A stretch of 59,627 nucleotides of DNA, filler included, from Sphacelaria rigidula (taxonomy: Eukaryota), in assembly GCA_964200075.2 (NCBI GenBank). It is 4 parts of 4 records of this genome, joined end to end, with 100 filler letters (N's around TTAATTAATTAA, not from the genome) between each part and the next. Parts side by side here need not be neighbours in the genome. Positions count along the whole stretch, not along the records: positions 14,936 to 29,768 come from CAXNAA020002025.1; positions 29,869 to 44,699 come from CAXNAA020002026.1; 2 more parts are not named here. One strand, given 5' to 3'. Position numbers and translations under genes: made by a program. The notes under the pieces were generated by a model. The model had not been told where the DNA came from and ran no database searches. It saw only the letters and a list, made by a program, of their open reading frames with translations. This document shows positions 22,872 through 35,900 of this stretch, one piece after another (the stretch's first letter is position 1; each line of letters starts with the position of its first letter).

Positions 22872-25800
22872 ATGACGGCGGGAAGAGGCATCAACCGTTC
22901 TGCAAAGAAATCCCCTAATCTGATTGAACGCGCGATAGTGCTGGTGAAAGGTTTCAATCCGGCAACCCAGACCAGCGATTCTTACGCTGATGATGCTCTC
23001 AAAGGAGGCGGCCATCAACGAGGAACAGCCGACGTGATCAGCGCCTCGGATGCGATGTTCCTCAAGCAGGTGCAACAGCAGGCCTAGCATTGTGATAAGG
23101 TTTGCACGGACAGTCATGGTCCTTGTTTTAGCTCACTGATTTAAGCCGTACTCGGCCTCGGTCTGTAGATCATCACATGAAGGATACAAGAGGTTGCACG
23201 CTATGTACGGCGGTAGTCTCGCTTCTGACAGCTGACTGTGATGATAGCATACCTGTGCACAAGGGTAACCTGTCTCAAAATCCTGAAGTTTCACCAGTCA
23301 GAGGGGGAGTTGCGGAATTGACCAAGTCCTTAAATTCGATGTTATAGTCCCGGACGCACTTATCGTCACAAATTTGGGGAACCAGTTCTGGCCGTATCTT
23401 GCGAGAGAATGCACCCGCGACCAACAAGGACTCACTCGGATGCACGCGATGACTGATCCCTCCTCAAAGGTGCTATATGGCTGCCTTCGCTACAAGGACG
23501 CCTTGCGCGTGTTTCTCAAGCACTACTACAATGACATGGCCAGTAGTGTGCTGCGTGTCGACTATGCTCTGTACATGGTTCTCGGCTACCTTCTGTTGTT
23601 TCGCCTGGACGAACTGGGCTTCGACGAGTTTCGACAACTCACCACTTCAGAGGACCCGACTAAGATGGCACATCTTCTCAAGTATCCCATCGACTGGGAG
23701 CGAGTCGAGGTAAGCTCACGTAGGTAGACACCCAAAAGCGATTTACCGGAGAGCAACCGCGACGATTGTGTTAACCATTCGCGATAGAACGAAGACAAGT
23801 AAAACATCGAGAATTGCACTGATCGGTATCGAAGAAACTACGGTCCTGGGGTCGTTGCGTTGTTCTGGTCAAATAACGTCGCGCGATAAGGACATTCGCT
23901 CAGTTTGGGGAGGCCAATAAGAGCGAGCCTCGCGCATAATAAGAGATTCTCAAGTGGTGACCGCACCCACACGCTACCTAATAAACACGACTCGATTCGT
24001 AGGGGATCAGGCAACTCTTTGAGGCCTGGAAGCCTCATAATTGGGTGTCGAAATGCGGTATATTGATGTGCTTCCAGCCGGTGTTGAACCAATCATGTCG
24101 GCAGAGGGTGCAGCGACCGAGTGGTCAGTGATCAGAATCCAGTAGGTTATCATGAGAAAGAGCAACCAGGCCACTGATTCCTCTGCACGATAACCGATGT
24201 ATACACAACTTAACAAAAACTCAGGTCTTTCGGAGCAAAGCGACTTGATGTTCGCATGGAGATCAACTGAGAAAGCAACGTGAATTGATTTTTGTTTGGA
24301 GTTCGAATAGAGGATCTCGTGCCTCCTCCAACCCTATCGTTCGGATGGATCACCCCATTATCATTATCATCATCATTATCTTCGTCATATTAGCTCGATC
24401 TCTCGAACCCGTGGTCACAGAGTGCAAGGAGGATACCACCCGTACCCACAAATCAAACAACCCGCGGAGGAAGGCAAGAAACAAAACATCTACACGAAAA
24501 AATGGCACCTACACTACGATAGATCCGTATAAGACTGATTGAACTACAAGAGACCAACTGAAATCTAAAAAGTCCCCGCGTGCGATCTCTCTGACTACCC
24601 TACCACGTACTGATGTATACACAGAGTAGTAGCAGCGAGTAAGTCGATATCCGAAACGGTCGCGTAGAACAGAGACCAATCCACGGTATATATATATATA
24701 TATATATACTGTCTAGAGTGCTGTTCAAAGAGATCCTCTACAGAGCTTGCGCACCGGAAACTGAACAACGTCAGATAGGGAAATCAAAAAATGACAAGAA
24801 TAATGAAAAAAAGGAAGAGCCGATGGCAACGGGGAGGGAAAGCCAGGAACTACGATCTCCCTCGGGTTCTGGTCGAGTAGCATCGTTATGGAAACACACG
24901 GCATAGCGCTATCAGCAAAAAACATAATCTGTTCAGAGTTTCCTAAATTCAACCATGAAAACATGGGATACCATGTGTATGTAGCATCCACAACAAACAA
25001 CTATCAAAAACCCAACAAAAAAATATTGTTCCGCCCTCAACGAAAATAGCCGCCAGCTCTGCTCTTCTCCGATGCAAGATCCTCTTCGAAGTTGACCTCC
25101 TGGCGCTCTCAGCTGTCCTCTCCAGCGTCCATGGCCAACCCAACCGCCGATCCTCACCGGTGTCCATGATCCCAAACAGTGCCCCCTCTGCTTTCTTTCG
25201 TGATGAAATATTTATTCCTTCGTTATGCACTCTGGTGCTGGTCTGTAGTTAGTGTCTCGTCCAGGAGGCTCAACCAGACCTAACCCGCCCGTCGACGACC
25301 GCTCCTCCTCCATCCTTGTCGCCGAGACCAGTCTACACACCGGCACACGCTCCTTGGTATCAAGGGTGCGCGTGCCAACTTTCGACGGCGGTGTCATCTG
25401 CCTCCGCGCACACACCGTATCCCAACATGCCCGCAACCGGGGTGTTGACACATTATACTGCTTGTACCGCAGGACATGCCCGCACTCAGGGTGTGACATA
25501 TTATACCGCTGCACTACAACAGGGGTGAGTGTGCCTGATGAGCACCGTACTGACCCAACTCTACTACTACACCACAGCCATGGCTAAGGGTAGTAGTGAG
25601 AAGGAAGGAATCACTTCTTGAAGGTGATTCCGGCCTTACACCCGTCGGAAATACCCTCCCTACGCCGTACCGACAGGACAGGCCATGGCCTTCGTTGGAG
25701 GACGGGGAACGACAATCTCAAACAGAAGAACATTTCCACGAAAACACGCCACCAAGCAACGAGGAAGATCGAGAATCGCCAGCACGCCACAACCAATCAG

Positions 25801-28490
25801 CGGAGCGACCGCTTCTCCATTTCTCCCACGTCCCCCGACCAGTGGGCGGTGGCAGTGTAGTTGGTGACAAATATCTACCACCATCAGCCAGCTTGTACAA
25901 GTCGCCAGCAGCTGCATGCCGTAGTACGGCAGGATGAATGAGAGTCCTGGAAACGTAGATTCGGTTGGCACATGTCGTGCAGATGAGCTTCTTATTCGCC
26001 CGCAGTTGCTCTTGAGTTCATGCCCCCAAGACACGACCGTACTGCCGTGATATCATGGCGGGAGCAACGTCTCTCGATGAAAAAACGGTGCACTGCCCTG
26101 TGCACTTCTATGACTGTGCAGTGCTGGATGCACTGGGTTCGAGCTGTACTGGCTGTACGCTTTTCTGTTCGAGTGTCCTTCATGCTATATTATATGCGCG
26201 ATTATCAGGTAGCGACCAGCTAAAAACCCGCGTTTTGATCGTTTCAGACTATTTACCTTTGGTGAGAGTAATAAAATCAAGTTCACTAATCAATCAATGA
26301 GACTCGGCTCTCTGCAAACAAATATGATCCCTCGAGGCTGAGCCTGAGGTTTGAAACAAGAAATAAACTCGGATGAAAAATCAAATAAAATTGTGGTCCG
26401 TGCGTCAATTCCCACCTGCGCTGAAAGACAAATGAGCTTGGCCCTCCAAAATGAAGAGTTGAGCCTCGACCCAAAAAGGAGCTAGTCTACCGCGAGTGAG
26501 GTATTCATATTTTTTTTACATTCTCTATCGCCAGCCGCCTTGTGCTCCACCGTTGTCGTGAACTATAATTAGCGGTCGTGCCCCGGTGGTCAAGCCGATA
26601 CCTTGATGTAAATTCGAGCGGATTTTGTGAGTTTGAACCCCCTAGATTACGATAAAATTTCTGATTGCCTTCTTCGAAAAGTGAAAACGATTTGGCGAAA
26701 AAAATGAAGGCCGCCGGGTTATCGGTGCTGTTGGGGTCCTCTATAATGAAGTGCAAGGAGTACCGGGGAAGAGATAGGTTGATCCTTAGAGGCTTCGGAC
26801 TTATCCCGAGGGCGGCGAGGGGGGGGGGGGGGGTTAAGTGTGCGACAGGAACAAGAACACGGCGGTCTATGTGAGGGTGCGATTGCTACAAACCGTTTCG
26901 GTCGCTTTCTCACATATCCCAGGGTCAGCTGACGCAAGATTGGTTGACCGTTTTCGATCTCACGTACATCAACGAGGCCATGCTAGGAGGACTCAAGCGC
27001 GCCGGCGGGGCCATCGAAAAATACTGCGAGAGGCTTGCTATCAAGGCATTCGGCTTAGCTCAGGTATACGTAGACTGTGGTGCACTTGCAGAGCCGATCC
27101 ACCCTAGGGGTTGCACATTTGAGCGCAGGTGTTTCTCATTGAGTGGCTCCTAAAGTTAGGAGCTATGCAAGAGTATGGGCAAGACATTCCCGATTGATAA
27201 TTCATACTGAGATATCCTTAGCCCATCGAAATGCTAATAGTCGTGGCGTGCTCTTACATACTTCTTGGATGAGACGGAGGGCTCCTAAAATTTTCAAACG
27301 TGAGAAATATTCTTGTGCAACCTTACCGTGGCACGGCTCTTCAACGTAACGTCTTGCTGTTCGGTGGTTAGCCGCCTGAGAGAGAACAAAATTTCGATAT
27401 TACCGGATATCAAAATAGTTCGAATCGACTTTCGCCAGCGTTGTGTTGTCTATGTTGGCTGTGCCCACCGCCGCTCGTTTGCTGCAGGCTCGAGAAGAAG
27501 CGAAGGCAAAGATGGGATTGTCCGAGGTGGATCACAGGGCTCTCACAGTACCCCAGCCCTTTAAACTCACGAAGCCGAATCCGAGGCGGGTACCAGAGCC
27601 GATGAAAATCGAACAGGTATTTTCAGGGGAATAACGAAGTACCCGATGAAAAAATGGTGTACACGTGTCACGGTAGTCACTCGTGAGGTCTGGCGTACAG
27701 CGAGCGCAGCGTTCCGCTCCAGCGGCGTGAATCCGAACACAGTTCGTCGTTCTACTTTGGAAAAAAAAATAACAAAGTATGGCGTAGTTTTTGGTTACCG
27801 TCGGTTGTTTTTTGTTCTCCATTCACTCACCTGGATCCCTTCCCGCCTGCTAGTCCCAACCACATCAACTTCGTAGGTGCTCGCATCTATCTGTACGGAG
27901 GTCCCGCAACCCCGGTCCCCAGCGGAAACTTGAGGGACAGGTCCGCCCTTGTGGCCCCCTCAAAAGCACCGAAACATATCAAATCGATACCAACGCGAGT
28001 GTAGCTACTCGTTCATCGTCTGTATCGTCATCAATCTGCCTAGCACGCCCTCAGGCACCCTTACCCTCCTTGCGTTGTTTTGCCGCAACGGAGTGTCCAT
28101 GTTTCCCTAGGGTATATGATAGTAGTATTTAGTTCTTCGTTTTTCGGCGATCTCGAACGTTGTCATGCCAGAATGGTACGTCAACGAGACGCTCGATCTC
28201 CCCCGCAACAGAACGAGGGATGCAGCAATCCTAGCTTCGTCTCAATGCCCTCGCTCTACCGCGCGTGGTCGCCGACATTTTTGCAGGCTGTTATTGTTGG
28301 ACCCAGCACCGACCGCTTGTACCGGACGAACCTAGCTCAGGTGGAGGCCGGTAAGAAGGAGAGACTGGAGGCACTCAAACGCGAAACAGCCCAGAAGTAC
28401 AAGGACGCCGAGGAAGCAGGCCAGGGCCAATTCCGACTACACGAGACCCGGAACACGTTGGATGCTCTCAAAGAGGAGGTGTGTGTGTGT

Positions 28491-28533
<43 letters not shown>

Positions 28534-28570
28534 CGTGTGCGTGCGTGTGCGTGTGCGTGTGTGTGTGTAC

Positions 28571-28602
<32 letters not shown>

Positions 28603-29359
28603 GTGCGTGTGTGTGTACATTCAATCAAAACGAGAGTACAGTCGGTAGTAAACTATCGTCTGGTGAGGCATTGTATATCTAGCTCAACAGGATGTCCGAC
28701 TTACAGTATGTGACAGCGTACGTGAGATATCACCGGGTTTCGGAACTTGTCGCAATAGTTTCACCGCGCCTCGATGGTCAAAACGCGTACATCAACGCTA
28801 GTTTCGACGGATTTTGTGGGTTCGAAACTCGACAGTGGTCTTCGTCTGGTTCTGTCATTCGGACACGTGAGGACAAGAGTTGACAAAAAACAAATGATAA
28901 ACGTCGGCGAGGCTTCGGAGTACTGGTTGAGAACTCGATAACGAAGTGCATGTGAATACCGGGGGAGAAGGGGGGTGGGAGGGGTCAAACGTATGACAAG
29001 AAGAAGCAACCGTGCATCACGCACGCGCGCACGCGCGCACGCATTGGAGTCACAGTTGTTCTGGCGGTACAGCCGCGTGTGTGAACCCTTAATCTCCCAG
29101 AGCAGATGAAGATCCTTTTCCCTCTCGTCCCTGGCTGCCACTCGCTCCGTCACATTGCGCCACCTTGCCCTTCCCCCCGAAACGAATCAATCAGGCCGAG
29201 CGACGGATGGCGAGCGAATTGCAGTTCGACAAGCGATTCGAGACCGATGTTCCTAACTACCCGGAGGAAGGGGCACAGGTCCGGCTAAACGCTGCGGCGA
29301 TCCTGAGAGAAGATGCGTTGCTCAAGAAAAAGCAAGGGCAGGATGCTCAACAGATCAAA
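22872..29359 (+). CDS. CFAP99: Cilia- and flagella-associated protein 99, 5' portion (3' exons beyond the contig end)
   Basis: GT-AG phase-0 exons 22872-23069, 23470-23709, 26923-27063, 27488-27616, 28287-28478, 29195-29359. Motifs [14 protein letters not shown]..., [25 protein letters not shown] and [14 protein letters not shown] are typical of CFAP99. Confidence 0.88.
28479..28617. repeat. (GT)n/(GTGC)n microsatellite starting at a splice donor
   Basis: Directly visible, immediately after CFAP99 exon 5. Confidence 0.95.
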
Positions 29360-29768
29360 GTGAGGGCGGGGTCGCAGAAGCTTGCCGTCGATCAAGGTTG
29401 AGATATTCGGAGACCTACGGTGCATTTTAGAGTAACTCCCCTGGTGAAGCGTCCGTTTAGTTTTGAATCATGCCCCTCAAACATTTTCCTCTGGCCAAAT
29501 CCTACTGTGCTGGAATTCTTGTTTGCGTTTTCTAAGTATCCCTCCTTGCCCTTTGTCTCCGTGCCCACTTGTCACCCTTATAATCTGTGTCTACCTCTGT
29601 TTGTCTCCTTGTCTCTACGTGTCTCTCTTGGTTCATTTGTCCCTGTTTCTGTGTTCGTGTCTGCGTATATGTCCCCCCCCCCCCTCCATGTACACCCCCC
29701 TCCACGTATGCTCCGTCTCGAAAGGGATGCATGGTCGATGGTCAAACGACTAAGACAAGAAACAAATG

Positions 29769-29868
29769 NNNNNNNNNNNNNNNNNNNNNNNNNNNNNNNN
29801 NNNNNNNNNNNNTTAATTAATTAANNNNNNNNNNNNNNNNNNNNNNNNNNNNNNNNNNNNNNNNNNNN
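29769..29868. other. Artificial contig spacer
   Basis: 44 N + TTAATTAATTAA + 44 N. Confidence 0.97.
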
Positions 29869-30478
29869 GGCCAAAAACGATCAATAACACCCTCCTGATA
29901 AACGGGGTATCTAGTCCGTATCGCCCCAAAAACACCAACCTGGGCACTGCAGTTTGAGCGCGGCCTACGTTTTCCTCCTAAATCTACCGGTGCTAACACT
30001 TTCAAGTGGTGGTGAAGAATAGTACTCGAGAAAAACTCAATAACTACAACAACTACAAATTCTGAAAACTTCTTCTGATGCTGACTACTTTACACAACAC
30101 CCGTTCCGAATGAGACACGACGCAAAATACCAGGAGGGCGACATTGAAGACAGTGGACGGTCGAAAGAAGAAACGGGTGCAACACTGACTGAACGCACGT
30201 AATATATTTTAGCAGCTGGGCACCTGCGTGCATCACGCCCAACAAAATGTTGTGTGGTGTTTTATCTACCGTGCTGAGGCAAAATAATCTCAGAAATTCC
30301 ACGCACCCGAGTCAGGCCTCGCAGAGGGTTGTCCTGTTGCCTATCAACCACGCACGGGAGACGCGGTGCATCGCGCTGCTGCAGATTTTGGCGGGAAAAT
30401 CAATGGTAATCGAGGCTGGCTCAGGGTGAGCGCCCAAATTTTATTCCCTGGCGATTCCTCACGCCAATTTTTGGGGTT

Positions 30479-30943
30479 AGGCTACTTTTCATGTATCGAC
30501 TAATAAAACTTGTTGAAAAGTGCATTTTCGGCCCTTCTTCGTCGTTCTCCCCCCCCCCCAAAGAGGGCTAGGTGGATGTATACACCTTGGAATGACTTGC
30601 TCTACTCGCTGAGACCGTCCCAGAGCACCTTCGCGTTTTCCGTAGGTAACAGTTTCGTTTTTGGCCAAACTGGTAGTTTCAGTAACAAACGGTCAAGTTA
30701 TAAAAAAATGGCCCCCTGTTTTTGATAACTTGGCCGTTTGTTATCGAAAATGCAAGTTTGGCCAAAACGAAACTGTGACCCACGGAAAACGCAATGGTGC
30801 TCTGGAACGGTCTCAGCGAGTAAAGCAGGTCATTCCAATGTGTAAACATCCGCCTAGCGCTCTTTTTGGGGGAAAAGCGACGAAGCAGGGCCGAAATTGC
30901 ACTCTTCAACAAGTTTCATCTTCTTATACACAAGAAGTAGCCT
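30479..30943. mobile_element. Fold-back element, ~465-bp imperfect palindrome
   Basis: Arms of ~230 bp pair around ~30712. The track ORFs 30510+ and 30912- translate to near-identical peptides, which confirms the inversion. Confidence 0.8.
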
Positions 30944-30970
30944 TAGACCCACTTTTGCAAACGTGTAGTA

Positions 30971-31126
30971 TATATTGCAAAACTCCCCGTGAATGAGATT
31001 ATTTCTTATTTCGCCATATATCCGGGGTCCTGGGGATCCCGGGGGGGCGTATGGTCTAATATAGTCTCGTGGGACCCAAGATATCTGGCGAAGGAGAAGA
31101 ATAAATACTCACAGTTTTGCAATATA
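30971..31126. repeat. Second imperfect inverted repeat next to the fold-back
   Basis: TATATTGCAAAACT ... AGTTTTGCAATATA form a perfect 14-bp outer stem, with further inner pairing (TTCGCCA/TGGCGAA, GGGTCC/GGACCC). Confidence 0.65.
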
Positions 31127-31379
31127 CCATGGCACACGTGTGCAGTTTTTTAGGATCAAACTCTAAAAATCCGCGGGAGAAGTCGCCCTTAGATGGCGTC
31201 AAGTGAAAAAAATATCTGCTGAAGTCCCTAGTTACTTGATATTAGTATCAAATCGATCTTTTTCTTGTGCATGCAAGCTTGCACCGACCGGTTGGAATCA
31301 GTTTTTCGAGTTACGTTACGAAACTTAACACATTCCTTGGGCCACCCCGGGACGAGAATAAATTTCATTTCTAACTTTG

Positions 31380-32130
31380 AGGCATTCTGTACCGGCTTCT
31401 GAGGGTCTTCACGCCGGGACCCCCGGAAGCCGCTAGAGAGCGGATATACTTATAAATACTCTTCGACGATGTTTTTTTTTTTCCGTTCCGAGCAACCCAT
31501 ATCTACCAAACTGCAATTTGAGGATGATCGGAGTTTTTTCATGACAGGTATAAGGGAAACTGTCACGAGGCTACCCGTGTCTTTCATGCATATTATCGAA
31601 GGAATGCTCCGACGCAAAAACTGCACATCGCCAAAATGCCACGGTTTGAGGTACAACTCGATCTCATACATGCCTTTTTCCAGTATATGTTTAGCGTTAG
31701 ATTCCTTACCTGATGGCGGCTAGTAAGGTTTGCTCCACGATGAAACTGGGTGGAAATCGTGTCGAGTGGTCACATTTTGAATTTCAGAGCACAATTCGAA
31801 GGCCCCTGATTGGCGGAGAAACATTTTTACTACTGGGTCCACAGCGAAGGACGCTAGACAATTTTTTGGCTATGGCACACTGTACGCTTGCTCGTGAAGG
31901 TCACTGTGATACCAAATGTATTTCTATCGGGTCAGTTTTGCGCTCTGAATCTAGCGAGGAATAATTTTTGGGCGTGTAGTCTGAATCAGTCTATTCATGT
32001 CTGTGAAAATCACAGCGACCAAGCCATTCAAGACGAAAAAATTAACAACGGAGAAGTACTTGGTGTCTCGGCAACTACGCCGATACTTCCGACGGACTCA
32101 AATTTGCAACAGCGGCCTCGTTCCTGGAAA
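31380..32130. repeat. Dispersed repeat, inverted homolog of ~20330-21080
   Basis: Colinear blocks shared with 20330-21080, and a decayed version of the hairpin at 31386-31439. Confidence 0.65.
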
Positions 32131-32928
32131 TACCGCCTCTTGCAAAAGCAACTTTCGTTCCTACTGCCTGGGCAATACAGGCCCCGTGTCGGGGGTCGAG
32201 GTAAATATCAGGGGACTTGCGGGTGGAAAATATTTCACGGCGTATGGCGTTTCACGTTGACCTACCGTTGTTGAAGCCCTAATGGCTGGGTCAGGTTGCT
32301 GGGTACTCGGTACCTTGCCGTAGTGGAGTTAACCCAACGGAAACCCACCCCCTGGCCCACCAATCTAGCTCGAGGGTACTTCAGGAACGTGGTCGTACCC
32401 TGGAGCCACCATACTCCGAAACTCCGACTGCGCACCAACACTTGAATATGTGTGCACCAACAATATCATGAGTTTTCCAACAAACGAACGGTCAAAACAT
32501 AGAATCGGCTTGTAAAGTAGATCGGGAATACCTGCAACAAACTACGCCGGAGAGAGCCAGAGGGCCGAATTATCGCTACTGGAGGGCAACCAGCTTGCTG
32601 TCCCTTTGGTAGAAGACGCCCACGTTTCACCGACCGATGTTTCAAACGATATCTAAACACCAAATTTCAGTGCACTTTCGCTCGCGGCATATGTGGGTTT
32701 TCAACCACAAGCCACCAACAAAACCACAACGATTTGAAAGCAAAGCAGCTAGAGTGGCACCGAGCGTGTTGTCAAGCACTGAGTCGTAATTGGCAACAAA
32801 ATTGACAACGGAAGTCAGCACGGAGAACATGAATAGTCGTGTATGGTACCGTATTTGGTTAGAGTGGGTAGAAAGGGGGGCAATCAGCTAAGGGGGCATT
32901 GATCGTTCCGCGTCATTTTCCGGGTCAT

Positions 32929-34918
32929 TTACAGCAGAAGGTTCGGTGGAGGGGAGATTCTTACCCTAGGTTTTCTACTGTTGGCGGCCTTCTTCGCTCG
33001 CTTTTCGTCCTTCAGGTCACGCCGGCGCTTTTGTTCCGGCGTGAGACTATCGTACTCCTCTCTTTCCCTTTGCAATCTCTCGTTCTTCAACTGCTGGAAT
33101 CGCTCCTGTCGCTGAGCGTGCGTTAACTTCAGCCTGCGCTTCGCCACGGTCTCCCGCCTCTCGATTGCCTTTTTCTTCATGCCCGGGTACATTTTAAACC
33201 TGGCGATCACCCGTGACCATCGAGGGACGAATGAGGGGTGCTGGTTATAAGTGGCGTGCGTACAAATGGTCGATAAACCTGGCGGCATGGGGACAATGTA
33301 CTTACCTTGAATAATGTCCACCTTTTTGGCGTAGACGAGGGGCTGTGGGGGCTATCGAAGGGTAGGTGAACCGATTACTTTCTTCAATATTTATAAGCAA
33401 AGGACGGAGAGTGCCTTGTATCATTTGCGGAACACGCATGCAAGATTGCACAATGAGGTGATGAAACGATGTGACTAAACCAAGTCAGTACACAGGCAAT
33501 TTACCGACCACCTCTCGATACAGACGTGGCGTAGAGCCGTGTACAGCACGATGCATGCGAGCCATGTCCAGTGCAAGGCAGGTAATTTTGCTGTCACTAC
33601 ACTACACTGAATTGCACTTCGCTCTGTGCAAGATCACCGTGTTGTACTGTACTGTGGTCGACGAGGGGAAGGGACCGCTGAACCCTTCTCACGAACATGA
33701 GAAAGGCAAGTACCACAGAAGGGTGGTGGAGAATCGAAAAAAAAAAAAAAAATGCTGTGCTGACTCTGTAACCACGGCTGATGCGTCTATATATACCGAA
33801 ATATGTATATACACCGCGCGCGCACACACACATATTGCGTGAATCGTGAAAGACAGAGACAAATTTTACGTTTCCTTTGAATAACCGTTGTAGTGTGATA
33901 AATCTCACTTATGTAAGGTCTCGATGAAGTAGAGTGCCAGCTCCACCATCTTGGTCGCTCCGCGACAGTCCCCTGTTCCGCTTGCCGAAACCGGGGGCAG
34001 TCTGAAGCGGAATCGCAGCGCTTTTTTCGGCGTAGCCTTCCGACCCAGAATCGGCTGCTCGTTCTGATCCGTGAAGCACATGAACTCCAGCAAATCCGAG
34101 TACTCCTTGAGTATCTTCTCCACAGTCGGTTGCACCAGGGACTCCATAAGGGCCGGGGTTTCCGAAAAACAAATAAGCCCCGAAGGGAGCAGGGGGGCGC
34201 GGACGACCGAGGCGTAGTCGGCGAGGTGCGGTACCTCTTGCAGGAGTTGTCTTTGCCGTCGTTTGGGCGTCACTGCGAATACCATAGGCTCCATGTCCTC
34301 ATCGTTCAGGGCAACCTCGATAGTGACCATGTCTTGCACCGGCCCGAACAAACCCCACATCATCATGAACAGGTCTTGCCTGCTGGCTAGGTTTATGCTC
34401 ACCAGCACGCCATCACACGCTCGGCTCCCTGTGGCGTAGTAGAGGAAGCTGCTCGCCGAGTCGCGCGAGAGTAGCTGCCGTCTGTCGGTGGCGAGGGAAG
34501 GTTCTGCCGGACCGGCCTCTAAGAAGCGGCTGCAGAACAGACCATGTACCGAATGAATGAACTGCCTCGCGATGTGGTGATTGCGTCGCCTACCTTTTAT
34601 GTACACCGCTATGTACAGCGCAATCACCCCAAGGGCGAGGAATTCTGTGGCCCCGAATGTTAACTCTTGCTTCGCCCATTTGAGCGACCAAAGGCCGAGC
34701 AACGAGACCTTTCCCTCCCCCCACACACCACCGCTGTCGCCGCTGCTATCGCCCCCGCCGCCTTCGCCCCTGCCGCCGGCGCTGCCACCGCCTAAGCCGC
34801 CGTCGCTGCTGCTTGTTTTGGTTGGACTGAACTCATCAAAGTCCGATACGCCCATTGCCAGCTGTACAAAAAAAATCACGGATGATCCCAGCGGTGCAAG
34901 CACCCGGTACATCGCCAT
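32929..34918 (-). CDS. CCDC47: PAT complex subunit CCDC47 (DUF1682 family)
   Basis: Exon 1 34918-33909 joins exon 2 33199-32929 in phase 2. A further donor is possible at ~32965. The protein has a signal peptide, one TM followed by KG...N..IA, YYATG...RQDLF, MEPMVFA, FTDQ, and a C-terminal Lys/Arg-rich coiled coil. Confidence 0.9.
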
Positions 34919-35900
34919 GCTGCCGGTTGGCAGCTGCCGCGGTCGGTCGGTGACCAGTTCTCCGCAACATTAGACAGCAGAACCAGAACCATATTGTTGG
35001 ATTTACGCTGCATAGTTATTTTCCAGTGGAAAATGGCAAATGGTTACCACGCAGTTCTAACCGCCACTTGACCTGGTTAGACGAGGGCACTCACTGCACC
35101 AAGACCGTATGAGAGCAACCCAACAGTGGCGGTAGTGTTGACTGCTTTGTGTTTTTTTTCACGGGAATCACTCCGCTTCTCTACCGTGTGCCGTTTTATC
35201 GTGATCCATCTCATTACACATAGCCCTGAAAGGCTACGACAAAATTTGAAACCAGGCAAGCGGGATGGCGCAGCAGGCTCCGCCGCAGCTCGACGACTTC
35301 GTGCCAGAACATTTCTGCGATCAAGGTGACACATAGTTTGTGACTGGTAGTTTACATGCTTCGTGTCGGTATTACTCCTCGTCTGCCCTTTCAGCTACTG
35401 CGCCTGTTGTTGTTGGTTGGAAGGATCGTTTGTGATGCTCATGTTCGGATTTTCAAATAACGATCCGTTATTTATGCGGACAGACAGTCCATCCCCTTCG
35501 GGCAAATACGTTTTTCAAAATGACCTGATGTAAGATCGACTCTCATGGCACCCGTCCAAATTCAAAATCGCGGCTGATTTTGAACGGAATGTAAGAAAAA
35601 CCAGCAAGGGCAGGTCGGGTGCGGTATACCCGATACTCGTTATTTAGAAAAGTCATACTCTTAGTACCCAAAAATTTGGCCAGATATTGAAATCATACCC
35701 AGTCTACCCCACATTTGGCGAGAGTATTGGAGATCGTACCCAACTTACCCACTTTCTGGGTACAGTATTGAAGTCATACCCAAGTGATAATCTACACCCC
35801 GGTATTGCTGAGAGTGCTTACCCAAATTTGGGTAGAGTAATTTAGGCCGTACCCAATGTACCCGAAATTTGGGTGATTATAAAAATCGTCCCCAAATTAC

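Noticed and set aside
24688-25200. Decayed LINE 3' fragment with a (TA)n tail in a CFAP99 intron
   Set aside because: Only a weak resemblance ([13 protein letters not shown]) to RTE C-termini; not supportable without a search.
28337-28713. His-Thr and Val-Cys repeat ORFs
   Set aside because: Translations of an intronic (GT)n microsatellite.
29869-32900. Remaining CFAP99 exons after the gap
   Set aside because: Different contig, consisting of repeats with no CFAP99-like coding signal.
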